Of a stretch of DNA of 64,000 nucleotides, positions 36,924 to 47,143 are shown piece by piece (position 1 is the first letter of the stretch; each line of letters starts with the position of its first letter). The DNA lies in assembly GCA_036488585.1 (NCBI GenBank), contig DASXHH010000019.1:5030-69029 (forward strand). The letters run 5' to 3'. The stretch is from Candidatus Saccharimonadia bacterium. GTDB lineage: Bacteria; Patescibacteriota; Saccharimonadia; UBA4664. Under the pieces are notes generated by a model. The model made no database searches, had not been told where the DNA came from, and saw nothing but the letters and a program-made list of their open reading frames with translations. The translations under genes and the position numbers were made by a program.

Positions 36924-39524
36924 TTACCGTCGTTTCTTGCGCTTCTTGTTGGTATTCTTGGTACCGCCCGTGGCCACCGCTACCCGAGACCGCCGCTCAG
37001 CCCGCGAGCCACTACTCGTCGCCGGCGCGCTCACACCGTCCACTGGCGCGTTAGTACTCGCCTGTTCCGCCGCCTTGGTGAGCGCCGTTTCCACCGGCGC
37101 GTCTACCGGAGCCGCCTGCGCCGTCACCTGTACCTTAAAGATGGTGGTGGCAACTTCGGCCTCCAGCAACCCCATCAGTTGCTTAAACATCCGGTAACCT
37201 TCGCGCTTATACTCCACTAGCGGATCTTTCTGACCCACCGCCCGCAGGCCAATTCCGCCCCGCACGCTATCCATTGCCTCAAGATGCTCAATCCATAACC
37301 GGTCCAGCGCATTTATAAACGTAAACCGCTCCACCATCCGCATCACCGGCGGCGTAAATTGCTCGGTGCGCGCGTCGTATAGCGACTCGGCCTCGCCCAT
37401 CACCAAATCCTCGATCTCGGTCGTGTGGCTGCGTTCCAAAGTTTTGATGGTCTCTTCACTCAGCGGCAAAATTGTGCTCACCGCCTCCTTCAAAGCAGTG
37501 AAATCCGTTTCACCAGTGCGATCGTTGGTGTGTGCTTGCACCATAGCCTTCACCTCGGTCCGAACCATCTCCAAAATCTCATCGTGCAAGCTATCCGCTC
37601 GCAGCGCCTTGCGTCGCCGGCTGTATATCACCTCGCGATGCTTGTTCATCACGTCATCGTACTCCACCAGCTGCTTGCGAGTATCGAAGTTGTGGCCTTC
37701 CACCTTCTTCTGCGCACTCTCCAGGCTCCGGCTCACCAGCTTGTTCTCAATCGGTGTCTCTTCATCAAGACCCAACGTATCCATTAGGCCCGCAATCCTA
37801 TCGGAGCCAAATATGCGCATCAGGTCATCTTCCAAGCTCACGTAGAACTGGCTCGAACCTGGGTCACCCTGCCGCCCAGACCGGCCGCGTAACTGGTTGT
37901 CAATACGCCGGCTCTCGTGCCGTTCCGTGCCTAGCACGTGCAAGCCACCCAGCATGTCCACGCCCTTCTCGAGCACAATGTCTGTCCCGCGACCGGCGAT
38001 GTTGGTCGCGAGCGTCACCGCCCCGCGCTGACCAGCCGCCGCCACAATCGCCGCCTCCGCCTCGTTATTCTTGGCGTTCAGCACCGTATGCGGCACGCTT
38101 AACTCATTCAAATACCGGCTCAGCAGCTCGTTCTTAGCAATCGAGACTGTACCGATCAGCACCGGCTGGCCCTTAGCATGCATCGCCGCCACCTCTCGCG
38201 CCACTGCCCGGAATTTGCCATCCTCGCTTTTATAAATCCGATCCGGCATATCCTGGCGAATCATCGGCTTGTTAGTTGGAATTACCACCACGTCCAGCTG
38301 GTAAATCTTGCCAAACTCTTCCTCTTCCGTCTTCGCCGTACCCGTCATGCCGGCCAGTTTCTCGTACAACCGGAAGTAGTTCTGGAACGTAATCGTCGCC
38401 AGCGTCAGCGATTCCTGCTGTATCTTCACGCCTTCCTTAGCCTCCACCGCCTGGTGCAGGCCCTCGCTCCACCGCCGGCCCGGCATCAGCCGCCCGGTAA
38501 ACTCGTCCACAATGATAATTTCACCGTCGCGCACCACATAATCCCGGTCGCGCAAGTACAGCGCTCGCGCTCGCACCGCCTGCTCAATGTGATGCACTTC
38601 GTCGATGCGGCCAGCCTCGTACACGTTATCCACGCCTAGCGCCCGCTCAATCCTCTCCACGCCCTCGTCGGTAATCGACACCGCCTTCAGTTTCTCGTCG
38701 ATCGTGTAATCTGTCTCGGGCTTCAAAGTATTGGCCAACCGCGCGAACTCGTAATACTTATCCGTCGCCTCATTAGCCGGTGCCGAAATTATCAACGGCG
38801 TGCGCGCCTCGTCGATCAAGATCGAGTCCACCTCGTCCACGATCGCGTAATGTAGCGGTCGTTGCACCATCTTCGCCAGGTCGTCCACCATGTTGTCGCG
38901 CAAATAATCGAACCCAAACTCATTGTTCGTTCCGTATGTAATGTCCGCCCGGTACGCCTCCTGCCGGCTCACCGGCCGCAGATGGTTCAACCGGTCGTCG
39001 CCGTGCTCCTCGCTCGAATATTCCGGATCATAAATGTACGCCGACTCGTGCACTATCACGCCAGTGGTCATGCCCAGCGCCAGGTACACTTGCCCCATCC
39101 AGCCAGAATGCAAGCTCGCCAGATAATCGTTCACTGTCACGACGTGTACGCCTTTGCCTGTCAACGCGTTCAAATAAGTCGGTGCGGTTGCCACCAGCGT
39201 CTTGCCTTCACCGGTCCGCATCTCAGCGATTTTGCCACTATGAAGCACAAAACCACCTACCAGCTGGACATCAAAATGCCGCATACCCACCACTCGTACG
39301 GCCGCTTCACGCACCGCCGCGAACGCCTCCGGCAGCAACCCGTCGATTGATTCGCCTTTGCCCAAGCGCTCCCGGAACTTGGCCGTCAGTTCGCGCAACT
39401 CCGTGTCCGACAGCTTCTTCATCGCTGCCTCGTGCGCATTCACCTTCGCCACCACCGCCTGCGCCCGCTTCACTTCGCGCACATTCGGGTCGCCCAAAAT
39501 TTTGTTCAATAACGTATATGCCAT
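36924..39524 (-). CDS. secA: Preprotein translocase ATPase SecA
   Basis: MRTGEGKT, DEVDSILIDEARTPL, QLRGRSGRQGDPG. Confidence 0.98.
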   Translation of the reverse strand: MAYTLLNKILGDPNVREVKRAQAVVAKVNAHEAAMKKLSDTELRELTAKFRERLGKGESIDGLLPEAFAAVREAAVRVVGMRHFDVQLVGGFVLHSGKIAEMRTGEGKTLVATAPTYLNALTGKGVHVVTVNDYLASLHSGWMGQVYLALGMTTGVIVHESAYIYDPEYSSEEHGDDRLNHLRPVSRQEAYRADITYGTNNEFGFDYLRDNMVDDLAKMVQRPLHYAIVDEVDSILIDEARTPLIISAPANEATDKYYEFARLANTLKPETDYTIDEKLKAVSITDEGVERIERALGVDNVYEAGRIDEVHHIEQAVRARALYLRDRDYVVRDGEIIIVDEFTGRLMPGRRWSEGLHQAVEAKEGVKIQQESLTLATITFQNYFRLYEKLAGMTGTAKTEEEEFGKIYQLDVVVIPTNKPMIRQDMPDRIYKSEDGKFRAVAREVAAMHAKGQPVLIGTVSIAKNELLSRYLNELSVPHTVLNAKNNEAEAAIVAAAGQRGAVTLATNIAGRGTDIVLEKGVDMLGGLHVLGTERHESRRIDNQLRGRSGRQGDPGSSQFYVSLEDDLMRIFGSDRIAGLMDTLGLDEETPIENKLVSRSLESAQKKVEGHNFDTRKQLVEYDDVMNKHREVIYSRRRKALRADSLHDEILEMVRTEVKAMVQAHTNDRTGETDFTALKEAVSTILPLSEETIKTLERSHTTEIEDLVMGEAESLYDARTEQFTPPVMRMVERFTFINALDRLWIEHLEAMDSVRGGIGLRAVGQKDPLVEYKREGYRMFKQLMGLLEAEVATTIFKVQVTAQAAPVDAPVETALTKAAEQASTNAPVDGVSAPATSSGSRAERRSRVAVATGGTKNTNKKRKKRR

Positions 39525-39618
39525 AAGCTAAACAAAAGGCCAGTTAGGCCCTACGAGACCAGTTTAACACTACTCCCCTACCCTGAATAGCGCCTGAAAA
39601 GTCGCGCCCACTCCCCGA

Positions 39619-40026
39619 CTATTCCAACACTTCCTGCTCAGCCGTTGCCGTCTGCGTGTCAGTCTCGCTCTTACGGCCAACCAGTCGCATAATCATCCGC
39701 AACCGCCGCGGCTTCAACATCAGCTTCTCCTTGTACTTGTGGCACTGTTGCCGGAGTTTTGCCTCCACGATATCGATCGCCGCGTAAATATTCACCGTCC
39801 CCTCGCGACTCACCATCTTACTGCCATTCACCGTCATAACCACCTCACACACAAATCGGTTGTCTTCCCGGCCATTGGCGTCATCTGCTAGCACCACCGC
39901 CGCCGACAAATTACCCCGGACACGCCGGGGTAAGTACTTTTCCAAGTTACCAATTTTATCTTCGACGTAGTCCTTCATCTTCTCATCTACTTCAAAGTTG
40001 CGGGCTGTGATCTCGCATCTGATCAT
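39619..40026 (-). CDS. hpf: Ribosome hibernation promoting factor (RaiA/HPF)
   Basis: ITARNFEV...IYAAIDIVEAKLRQQ; upstream of secA. Confidence 0.9.
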   Translation of the reverse strand: MIRCEITARNFEVDEKMKDYVEDKIGNLEKYLPRRVRGNLSAAVVLADDANGREDNRFVCEVVMTVNGSKMVSREGTVNIYAAIDIVEAKLRQQCHKYKEKLMLKPRRLRMIMRLVGRKSETDTQTATAEQEVLE

Positions 40027-41324
40027 AATGTCTCCCCTCCATAATATTTTACCAACGCTTCAGGCACCTTCACGCTACCATCCTTCTGCTGGTAATTTTC
40101 AAGAATCGCAATCAAGGGACGCTGAGATAATACGGTCGCATCGTTGGTATGCACCAACTCCATCTCACCATTTGTCCTACGCACCCTGGTCTGCAACCGG
40201 CGGGCCTGATAATCAGTCATATAATCCGCCGTGTGTGTCTCGCGGTATTTCCCTTGTCCTGGAAGCCAAGTATCAATGTCGACCCCGCGTGCGTTAGGCT
40301 TACCAATATCGGCTGTGCATTTCAATATCACTTGATACGGTAATTCAAGCTGTGTCATTAGATATTCTTGTATTGCCACCATGAACAAATGCTCATCCCG
40401 TGACGTCTCCGCGGTCGTGAGACTCTCCATCTCAAGCTTATCGAACTGATGCAGCCGGAAAATACCCTCCATATCTTTGCCATACGACCCGGCCTCACGC
40501 CGAAAGCTAGTAGCATACCCGGCGTACCTAATCGGCAGCTCATTCTCGGGAATAATCTCCCCCGCGTGCATTGACCCCAGCACATGCTCGGCGCTGCCCT
40601 GAAGCCACAATTCATCACCCTCTATCTTGTAGCGGTCGTCACGTGGCTCCAATCGATCCATGGCGTCATAAAGCTCAGTCCGAATCAACAGTGGCGGCAG
40701 CACTAACATAAACGGCTTCGTGCTTACCTCTAGATTCGCCTGAGCAGCAATCTGCTTCAGCACCGCTTCATCGGTCAATACGTCCATGGCAAAACTAATC
40801 ATCGCCCGATGCAGCCGCACCAGATCACCCTTTAGATATGTAAACCGCGCCCCGGCCACCTTAGCCGCCCGCTCTTTATCGATCCAGCCCCTGGCCTCCG
40901 CCAGCTGCCAATGGTTTTTAGGCTCAAACTCAAATTTGGGTTGCTCCCCAACTGTCTTTACAATCTGGTTCTCATCTTCGGTCGCCCCCACCGGCACGTC
41001 ATCAGTAGGAATATTTGGCACCAACTTCAGAATTCGCAAATATTCGTCATCAACCTTATTGTATTCTTCTTCGCGGCCAACCACCTTTTCCTTCAGTTGG
41101 CGCCCTTTCTCCACCTGCTCGGAGCTGGGCTTACCCTTCTTTAGGCTTTCCGATAGTTTGTTGCGCTCGCGCCGTAAATCCTCAACCTCGGTCAGCAGTT
41201 GGCGCCTTTTCTCATCGAGCTTCATCAGCTCGTCAATATCTTGATCGGAAACTTTCGCGTTCTTATTACGAGCTGCCTGCTTAACGGTGTCGGGATGCTC
41301 ACGCAAGAAACGGATATCAATCAT
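40023..41324 (-). CDS. serS: Serine--tRNA ligase
   Basis: MIDIRFLR, coiled arm, FRREAGS, RLHQFDKLE, YQARRL. Confidence 0.97.
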   Translation of the reverse strand: MIDIRFLREHPDTVKQAARNKNAKVSDQDIDELMKLDEKRRQLLTEVEDLRRERNKLSESLKKGKPSSEQVEKGRQLKEKVVGREEEYNKVDDEYLRILKLVPNIPTDDVPVGATEDENQIVKTVGEQPKFEFEPKNHWQLAEARGWIDKERAAKVAGARFTYLKGDLVRLHRAMISFAMDVLTDEAVLKQIAAQANLEVSTKPFMLVLPPLLIRTELYDAMDRLEPRDDRYKIEGDELWLQGSAEHVLGSMHAGEIIPENELPIRYAGYATSFRREAGSYGKDMEGIFRLHQFDKLEMESLTTAETSRDEHLFMVAIQEYLMTQLELPYQVILKCTADIGKPNARGVDIDTWLPGQGKYRETHTADYMTDYQARRLQTRVRRTNGEMELVHTNDATVLSQRPLIAILENYQQKDGSVKVPEALVKYYGGETL

Positions 41325-41375
41325 CGCAAAATTCCTCTGTCTGTAAGTTATCTTAGCTTCGGGTTGGGGAAAATT

Positions 41376-42950
41376 CTACTCGGCCGAGGCCGACGAGCCC
41401 TCACGCAACCGACCAATCAGCCAGTCGCGGTCGAGCGAGGCCAAAAACCACCCCGCCTTAGGTCCAGAGTCTTGCCCCAAGATCACACGGTAAATCGCCT
41501 GAAACGCCTGCCCCGCCTTTAGTCCTGCCTGCTCGGCCGCGGCGTAAATCGCGTCATGCATGCCTTGGCCACCAAGTTCGCGCTCCTGCTCCACGGCCTC
41601 GGCCAGACGACCCAAAAACACCCGCTGCTCATCGCTCAGTTCTACCTCACCTAGCCTGCCCTGCACCGTAAACTTCACGCTATCCGGAGCATATTTTTCG
41701 AGCCAACGCTGCACAAACTTCAGCTCCCGCTCCACCACTGGCCATTGCTCCTTCACCACGGCATCGTAACCTGTACGCTCCAAAATTGCCTTCACCTCAT
41801 CCCTCTTGCCCTGCGCCGTCTGATATACCGCCACCAGGTGGTTAAATGCGATCCGCGCCACCGACCGCTCGCCCTTGATTGCCGTCGCGACGTTGTAGGC
41901 GTCCTCAAATTCAGGATGCTGCCCCTCGCTAACTGCTTCTTCAAGTTTGGCAAACTCATCTATCAGATTGTACAGACCCAGCCCCGGATCAAAGAACGCG
42001 ATCCGCTTCGGGAGCGATCGCAGTACGAAGTACCGCAGAATTTCCGGTGGCATCAGCTTGAGCGCCTCGTCTGGAGTCACCAGGTTGCCCAGCGACGAGC
42101 TCATCTTCTTGGTCTCGCCAACCAGGTTAATTGTGTCGTACGGCAACGGCATAGGCGGCTCAGTGCCAAATACCTGCCGGCAAAACTCCACGCCAGTATC
42201 CCAGGCACCGCCCTTGGTCCCGAGCTCCCGCCCAAACGGCTCCACCATCACGCCATGCAACGCCCACCGTGCCGGCCAGTCCAGCCGCCAGTTGAGCTTC
42301 ACTCGCCCGTCGTTATAGGGCATCTCGCCCATCAGCCCGTCCTCGCGCCGATACCGCACCGTCTTAGCCTTCTTGTCCAGGCTCACAAATCGCCATTCGT
42401 TGAAGCTTTGGTTATCGCTTAAAAGTTGCAGTGGTACCCAATCCTCTTTCAGCTCTCGGTGCGCAACGTCCTTGAAGATCTTACGCACTTCCGGCATGTG
42501 ATCGATCGTCTGCTCGATATAGGGCGCCATCTTGCCGGTCAGGTACTGGCCCTCGTACGAGTACAACACCTCCATCTCTACCCCCATGCGCGCAGCCGAA
42601 GCCTCAAACTGCTTGATGAAGTGCGTGGCATAAGAGTCGTGGCAGCCTTCCGGATCGGGCACCAGACACACCGGCCAGCCTACGTACTTCTCGTATTCTT
42701 CCGGCAAGAAGCTGTAGCGTTTACGCAACGGATCGAAATTATCGACCACATGCAGATGCCGCGCCTTACGCCCCCGTCGCCGGATGGCCCAGGCGATGGC
42801 GTCACCGGTCAGAACCTCGCGGAAATGGCCGATATGGTACGAGGCCGACGGCGCGCTTCCACTCTCCACTAGAATCTCGCCCTCGGGGTAGGCCTCCACC
42901 ACCTTATCTGCGAATTGGTCCAGCCAGTAATTGCTCTCGCTTGCATTCAT
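41376..42950 (-). CDS. lysK: Class I lysine--tRNA ligase
   Basis: PSASYHIGH, KLNWRLDWPARW, KMSSSLGN, GPKAG. ATG 42950 chosen as start. Confidence 0.94.
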   Translation of the reverse strand: MNASESNYWLDQFADKVVEAYPEGEILVESGSAPSASYHIGHFREVLTGDAIAWAIRRRGRKARHLHVVDNFDPLRKRYSFLPEEYEKYVGWPVCLVPDPEGCHDSYATHFIKQFEASAARMGVEMEVLYSYEGQYLTGKMAPYIEQTIDHMPEVRKIFKDVAHRELKEDWVPLQLLSDNQSFNEWRFVSLDKKAKTVRYRREDGLMGEMPYNDGRVKLNWRLDWPARWALHGVMVEPFGRELGTKGGAWDTGVEFCRQVFGTEPPMPLPYDTINLVGETKKMSSSLGNLVTPDEALKLMPPEILRYFVLRSLPKRIAFFDPGLGLYNLIDEFAKLEEAVSEGQHPEFEDAYNVATAIKGERSVARIAFNHLVAVYQTAQGKRDEVKAILERTGYDAVVKEQWPVVERELKFVQRWLEKYAPDSVKFTVQGRLGEVELSDEQRVFLGRLAEAVEQERELGGQGMHDAIYAAAEQAGLKAGQAFQAIYRVILGQDSGPKAGWFLASLDRDWLIGRLREGSSASAE

Positions 42951-42971
42951 GCCGCCCATTCTAACCGAAAA

Positions 42972-42993
42972 GCCGCTCCTTAGCGAGAGCGGC
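42972..42993 (-). terminator. Terminator after greA
   Basis: GCCGCTC/GAGCGGC stem followed by TTTT on the minus strand. Confidence 0.6.
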
Positions 42994-43019
42994 CCTGGGT
43001 TTCCGAAAATCGGATTAAA

Positions 43020-43487
43020 CTAAGCGATGTTCTTGATCCTGTAGGTCATGGTACCCGACGGCACCTCCACCGCTACCTCGTCGCCCTTCTTTTTGCCCAG
43101 CAGTGCCCGGCCGATTGGCGATTGGTCCGAGATGTAGCCCTTGTCCGGATTGGCCTCGGTGGAGCCCACGATTACGTACTCCACCTCCCCATCCTCCAAT
43201 TCCACATGCACTTTCGAACCGAGCGACACCGTGCTCGAACTCTTGTTGGAAATAACCGCTGCGTGCTTCAGGATGTGCTCAATCTCCGAAATCCGTCCCT
43301 CAACAAAGCTCTGCTCGTCGCGGGCGGCGTCGTACATGGCGTTCTCGCTCAAATCCCCATCAGCCTTGGCCTCCTTGAGGCGCTCAGCTATTTCACCACG
43401 CTTGCTAGTAGTAAGCTCTTGGAGCTCGTCCTTTAGGGCCTGCAAGCCATCGGCCGTCAGGTGAAACTCATTTTTTGTGCTATTCAT
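43020..43487 (-). CDS. greA: Transcription elongation factor GreA
   Basis: GDLSENAMY, ISDQSPIGRALLG. Confidence 0.97.
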   Translation of the reverse strand: MNSTKNEFHLTADGLQALKDELQELTTSKRGEIAERLKEAKADGDLSENAMYDAARDEQSFVEGRISEIEHILKHAAVISNKSSSTVSLGSKVHVELEDGEVEYVIVGSTEANPDKGYISDQSPIGRALLGKKKGDEVAVEVPSGTMTYRIKNIA

Positions 43488-43526
43488 TCTACTCTCCTTC
43501 TCGAACGTAAGCGTTATCTGTGGGGT

Positions 43527-43555
43527 GAAAAAAACCTCGGAAAAGAAATTCCGAG
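43527..43555 (-). terminator. Intrinsic terminator in the greA leader
   Basis: CTCGGAA/TTCCGAG stem then GTTTTTTT on the minus strand, ~40 nt before the greA ATG. Confidence 0.6.
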
Positions 43556-43738
43556 AAATAGCGCTGCATCGATGAAAGTTATTTTTCTAAAACGGCTGCC
43601 GAAAGTTTCGCTCTAATATGTTCGTACAAGGCCTCCAAAGCGTCAAGAGTTACTATTGTTCAACAGCATTATTTGGCTTGAGTTAGCCACAAAACTACCA
43701 GCATCAGATAGTACCTGTTGAAAACCACTTGTGGATAA

Positions 43739-45769
43739 CTAATGGCCCACCATCGCCTTGCCAGCACCCTGTGTAAAATACCAAGCCAACGTCTCGCGCG
43801 CTGCCGGCGCCGCATACACGGCCCCCTCACCAGCGTGCTCCAGCACCACCACAATCACAATTTGTGGGTTGTTATACGGGGCGAAAGCCTCAAACCAAGC
43901 ATGTGCCTTGCTCTGATTGGCCGCCCCGGAACCATCATCGTGCACCACGGTCTCGGCCGTACCGGTTTTGGCCGCCACCTGCACCGGCACCTGCTGTTTA
44001 ATCAAGCAGCAGGCCGTACCCGCCGGATCCTCTACTGTCATCAACATACCTTTGCGTATCTGCGCCAGGTTATCTGGGTCTATGAAGCCCTTCCGAATTA
44101 CCTCGGGCTCTATTTGCTGCACCACCTGGTTGTTCTGGTCGGTGATTTGGTCAACCAAATGAGGCTTATACAAAGTGCCACCATTGGCAATCACCGACAC
44201 GGCCATTGCCATTTGCAATGGTGAAACTAACAAATCTCCCTGTCCCACTGAAATGTTATAGGTGTCACCTGTGTACCAGGGCTGGCCGGAAAATGCCTTC
44301 TTCCAGGCTGGCGTCGGCACCCGGCCCTTTGCCTCACCTGGAATATCAATGCCTGTCTTGGCGCCCAACCCAAACAATTGATAGTAATGCGTTAGCTTAT
44401 CCACCCCAAGATAGCGTGTAAAGTTCGTAAACCCACCCGCGATGGTGTAGAAATAAATGTCCGACGATTGGGCAATGGCCGTAAACAGATTCATGACACC
44501 AAGCCCTGTGTGTTCCCAACCCTTGTAGATGTAGTGGATGGACGGGTTATACGGGTTCACCACGTCTAGCTGTCCGGTGTCGGTAACGATGGTATTGGTG
44601 GTCACAATCCCCTCCTGCAATGCCGCCGCTCCCACCAGCGGCTTAATCGTCGATCCCGATGGGTACCCGCCGGCGATCACTTTGTTGAACAGCGGCTGGC
44701 CGGGATCGTTCACTAGCGCCTGATAGTCGGCCTGCGAAATTCCCTGACTGAATTTATTGTTGTCGTAGCTTGGCAACGACACCGCCGCCAGTACCTCACC
44801 GGTCTTAGGATTCACCGCCACGCCGGCCGCCCGCTTTGAGCCCGAGGCCTGCATCTGCTTGCTGATCGCATCCGCTAGGTGTTGCTGCAAGCCCTCGTCA
44901 ATCGACAATACCAGATTGTTGCCTGGAACTGGATCGCGACTCGCCAGCACCCGCACCGGCTTACCCGTAGCGTCCACCTCCGAACGCTCACCGCCGTTCA
45001 CACCCCTAAGCACATCCTCGTATTGCTTCTCAAGGCCCAACTTGCCGATCAAATCAGTGGGGCCATAGTCTGGATTAGCATCAAGATCCGCCTGGTCCAC
45101 CCGACCGGTGTACCCCAAAAACGCTGACAACAAATTATTATCGGTATACTGGCGAGTCGGGTTCACGTCCAGCGAAAAGCCGGGCAAAGCATCGCTGTCC
45201 TGGTCCAGCAGTAGCGCCTTGTCACGATCGATCCCCGCCGCCACCAGCTGTGGCACCGGGCTCTTCAAACAGCCCGGCTCAGGCTTCTTACACGTCACCT
45301 CAGCCTTGGCCGCCACATCGCTCCCAGACATACCAATGAGCGCACCCACCTTTTCGTACTCGGCCGACCGGGCCGCCGCCGTCGCTGGCAGCTGCTGCGG
45401 TACCACCGTCACATCAAAGCTCGCCTGGTTACGAGCCAGCACCACCTTATTACGATCGTAAATCATGCCCCGCGGCGCCCGCTCCACCTTCTCGCGAATC
45501 CGGTTACCATTGGCCAGCGCCAGATTATGGTCGCCAGCTATTACCTGCAGCGAAAACAATCTTACCGCCAAGATCAACAATGCCGCCGCCCCTACAGCAC
45601 CAAACACCATTAGCGGGCGACGGTCAGTCACACCCTCCGGACCCTCAGCCTCGGCATCGGCCGGCAATATGGCCTCAGTCCATTCCTCGTGCTTGGCCAG
45701 ATTGCGACTAACCCGCAAACCTTCTGACAACGCCTGATCTTCTAAGTAGCCGAATATCGATTTCCGCAT
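43739..45769 (-). CDS. mrdA: Penicillin-binding protein 2 (elongation)
   Basis: APRGMIYDR, GSTIK (SxxK), SSDIYFY, KTGTAE; follows mreBCD. Confidence 0.94.
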   Translation of the reverse strand: MRKSIFGYLEDQALSEGLRVSRNLAKHEEWTEAILPADAEAEGPEGVTDRRPLMVFGAVGAAALLILAVRLFSLQVIAGDHNLALANGNRIREKVERAPRGMIYDRNKVVLARNQASFDVTVVPQQLPATAAARSAEYEKVGALIGMSGSDVAAKAEVTCKKPEPGCLKSPVPQLVAAGIDRDKALLLDQDSDALPGFSLDVNPTRQYTDNNLLSAFLGYTGRVDQADLDANPDYGPTDLIGKLGLEKQYEDVLRGVNGGERSEVDATGKPVRVLASRDPVPGNNLVLSIDEGLQQHLADAISKQMQASGSKRAAGVAVNPKTGEVLAAVSLPSYDNNKFSQGISQADYQALVNDPGQPLFNKVIAGGYPSGSTIKPLVGAAALQEGIVTTNTIVTDTGQLDVVNPYNPSIHYIYKGWEHTGLGVMNLFTAIAQSSDIYFYTIAGGFTNFTRYLGVDKLTHYYQLFGLGAKTGIDIPGEAKGRVPTPAWKKAFSGQPWYTGDTYNISVGQGDLLVSPLQMAMAVSVIANGGTLYKPHLVDQITDQNNQVVQQIEPEVIRKGFIDPDNLAQIRKGMLMTVEDPAGTACCLIKQQVPVQVAAKTGTAETVVHDDGSGAANQSKAHAWFEAFAPYNNPQIVIVVVLEHAGEGAVYAAPAARETLAWYFTQGAGKAMVGH

Positions 45770-45772
45770 GGC

Positions 45773-46270
45773 CTAACCTATATCCCCCATCGTCGCTTTC
45801 GGCATTACGTACCGTACCAGCGGCTGCAAACCAATCGTTAGCACCAAGTTTAACACCAGCTCCGCCACCAGGCGCCCGGCTAACAATCCCACCGGCCAAC
45901 TCGACACGCTTCCGGCTAGGCCCAGCACTATCACCACCGTCTCCACCACTGTGAGTACCGCCACAATCACGCTAGCGACCGCCGAGCCCACCAGCTCAAT
46001 GCCAGCGCGGTGCACCAGTCCGGCCGCCAATGCCGCGAGCACCAGCAAGGCGATCCATAAGCCGAAATTCGCTCCGCTGGACAAGTCCAACACCACGCCG
46101 CCGGCTACCGCCACCACCAGCGCCGTGCTGGCGGTGCCCTCGAGCCCAATCAGCGTCACCATTACCAACATCAGGTTTGGCACTACTCCTAGCGGTCTCA
46201 GCGCCGGCAACAAACTCACTTGCATAATTACGCCCACAATCGCCAGCACCACCAAGCCCGCTCTCCTCAT
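45773..46270 (-). CDS. mreD: Rod shape-determining protein MreD
   Basis: Hydrophobic, VVPNL...GVVLDLSSG; between mreC and mrdA. Confidence 0.85.
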   Translation of the reverse strand: MRRAGLVVLAIVGVIMQVSLLPALRPLGVVPNLMLVMVTLIGLEGTASTALVVAVAGGVVLDLSSGANFGLWIALLVLAALAAGLVHRAGIELVGSAVASVIVAVLTVVETVVIVLGLAGSVSSWPVGLLAGRLVAELVLNLVLTIGLQPLVRYVMPKATMGDIG

Positions 46271-46273
46271 CCG

Positions 46274-47086
46274 CTACATCCCCAACACTACATACACAAA
46301 CCGTAGCTGCGACACCTGCAAATTGGTCGCCACCTGCGCCGTCTGAAACACCACGTTAGCCCGCGTGTTCACCGATTGCACCTCGCCTATCAGCAGCCCC
46401 GCCGGCACCAACCCGCCCAAGCCCGTCGTAGTTACGGTATCGCTCGGCTTCACGGTGTCAGTCTGGCCGATCTTGTCCAGTATCAACCCACTGCCCAGCT
46501 GTCCGCGCACGATCCCGGTTGCGCCGGTATCCTGGTCTTTAGCCGTTAATTTAAAGTCCGGATCCGTTACCAGCATGATACGCGCCGTGGTGTTCCCCGT
46601 ATCCGCAATAGTTCCGATCAATTCACCCCCGCTCAGCACGGCCATTCCTGCTTTAATGCCAGATCCCGCGCCCTTGTTAATGGTTACGAACTGCCGATAC
46701 GAATCCGGCTGAAACGCCACCACCTCTGCCGCCACCTGACGCGGCGCACCCGCCACCTCCAGTCCCAACTGCTGACGCAACAAATCATTGTCGCGACGCG
46801 TCTCGGCATCGGCGGCCAGCCGCTGGCGCAAATCGGCATTCTCTTGCTCCAGCCGCAGATTGTCCCTCGCCAAATCCTTCACCTTGCCCAGGTTGCCCAG
46901 TGCCTCGGCCGCCGTCGACCCCGTCGATGCCAAACCCGCACCTGCCGGCACCACCGAGTGCTCGTACGCCCACCGCAGCGGTCCCAGCTGGCCCAGCACT
47001 CCTGCCACCGCCAGGAGCATGCCAGCGCCCACCGTTATCCAAATACGACGATTAGCCTTGTCACCAAAGTTGACTCTGTCTGTCAT
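46274..47086 (-). CDS. mreC: Rod shape-determining protein MreC
   Basis: TM, coiled coil, INKGAGSGIKAGMAV, TTGLGGLVPAGLLIG. Confidence 0.92.
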   Translation of the reverse strand: MTDRVNFGDKANRRIWITVGAGMLLAVAGVLGQLGPLRWAYEHSVVPAGAGLASTGSTAAEALGNLGKVKDLARDNLRLEQENADLRQRLAADAETRRDNDLLRQQLGLEVAGAPRQVAAEVVAFQPDSYRQFVTINKGAGSGIKAGMAVLSGGELIGTIADTGNTTARIMLVTDPDFKLTAKDQDTGATGIVRGQLGSGLILDKIGQTDTVKPSDTVTTTGLGGLVPAGLLIGEVQSVNTRANVVFQTAQVATNLQVSQLRFVYVVLGM

Positions 47087-47143
47087 TACTCCCAGTCTAG
47101 CAAGACCACTTTTAAGATAAAACTCTTATTTCGCCCTTAAAGC

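Noticed and set aside
43657-43738. oriC
   Set aside because: No dnaA/dnaN nearby, no skew inversion and only one perfect box; the polarity evidence points to a terminus-like region instead.
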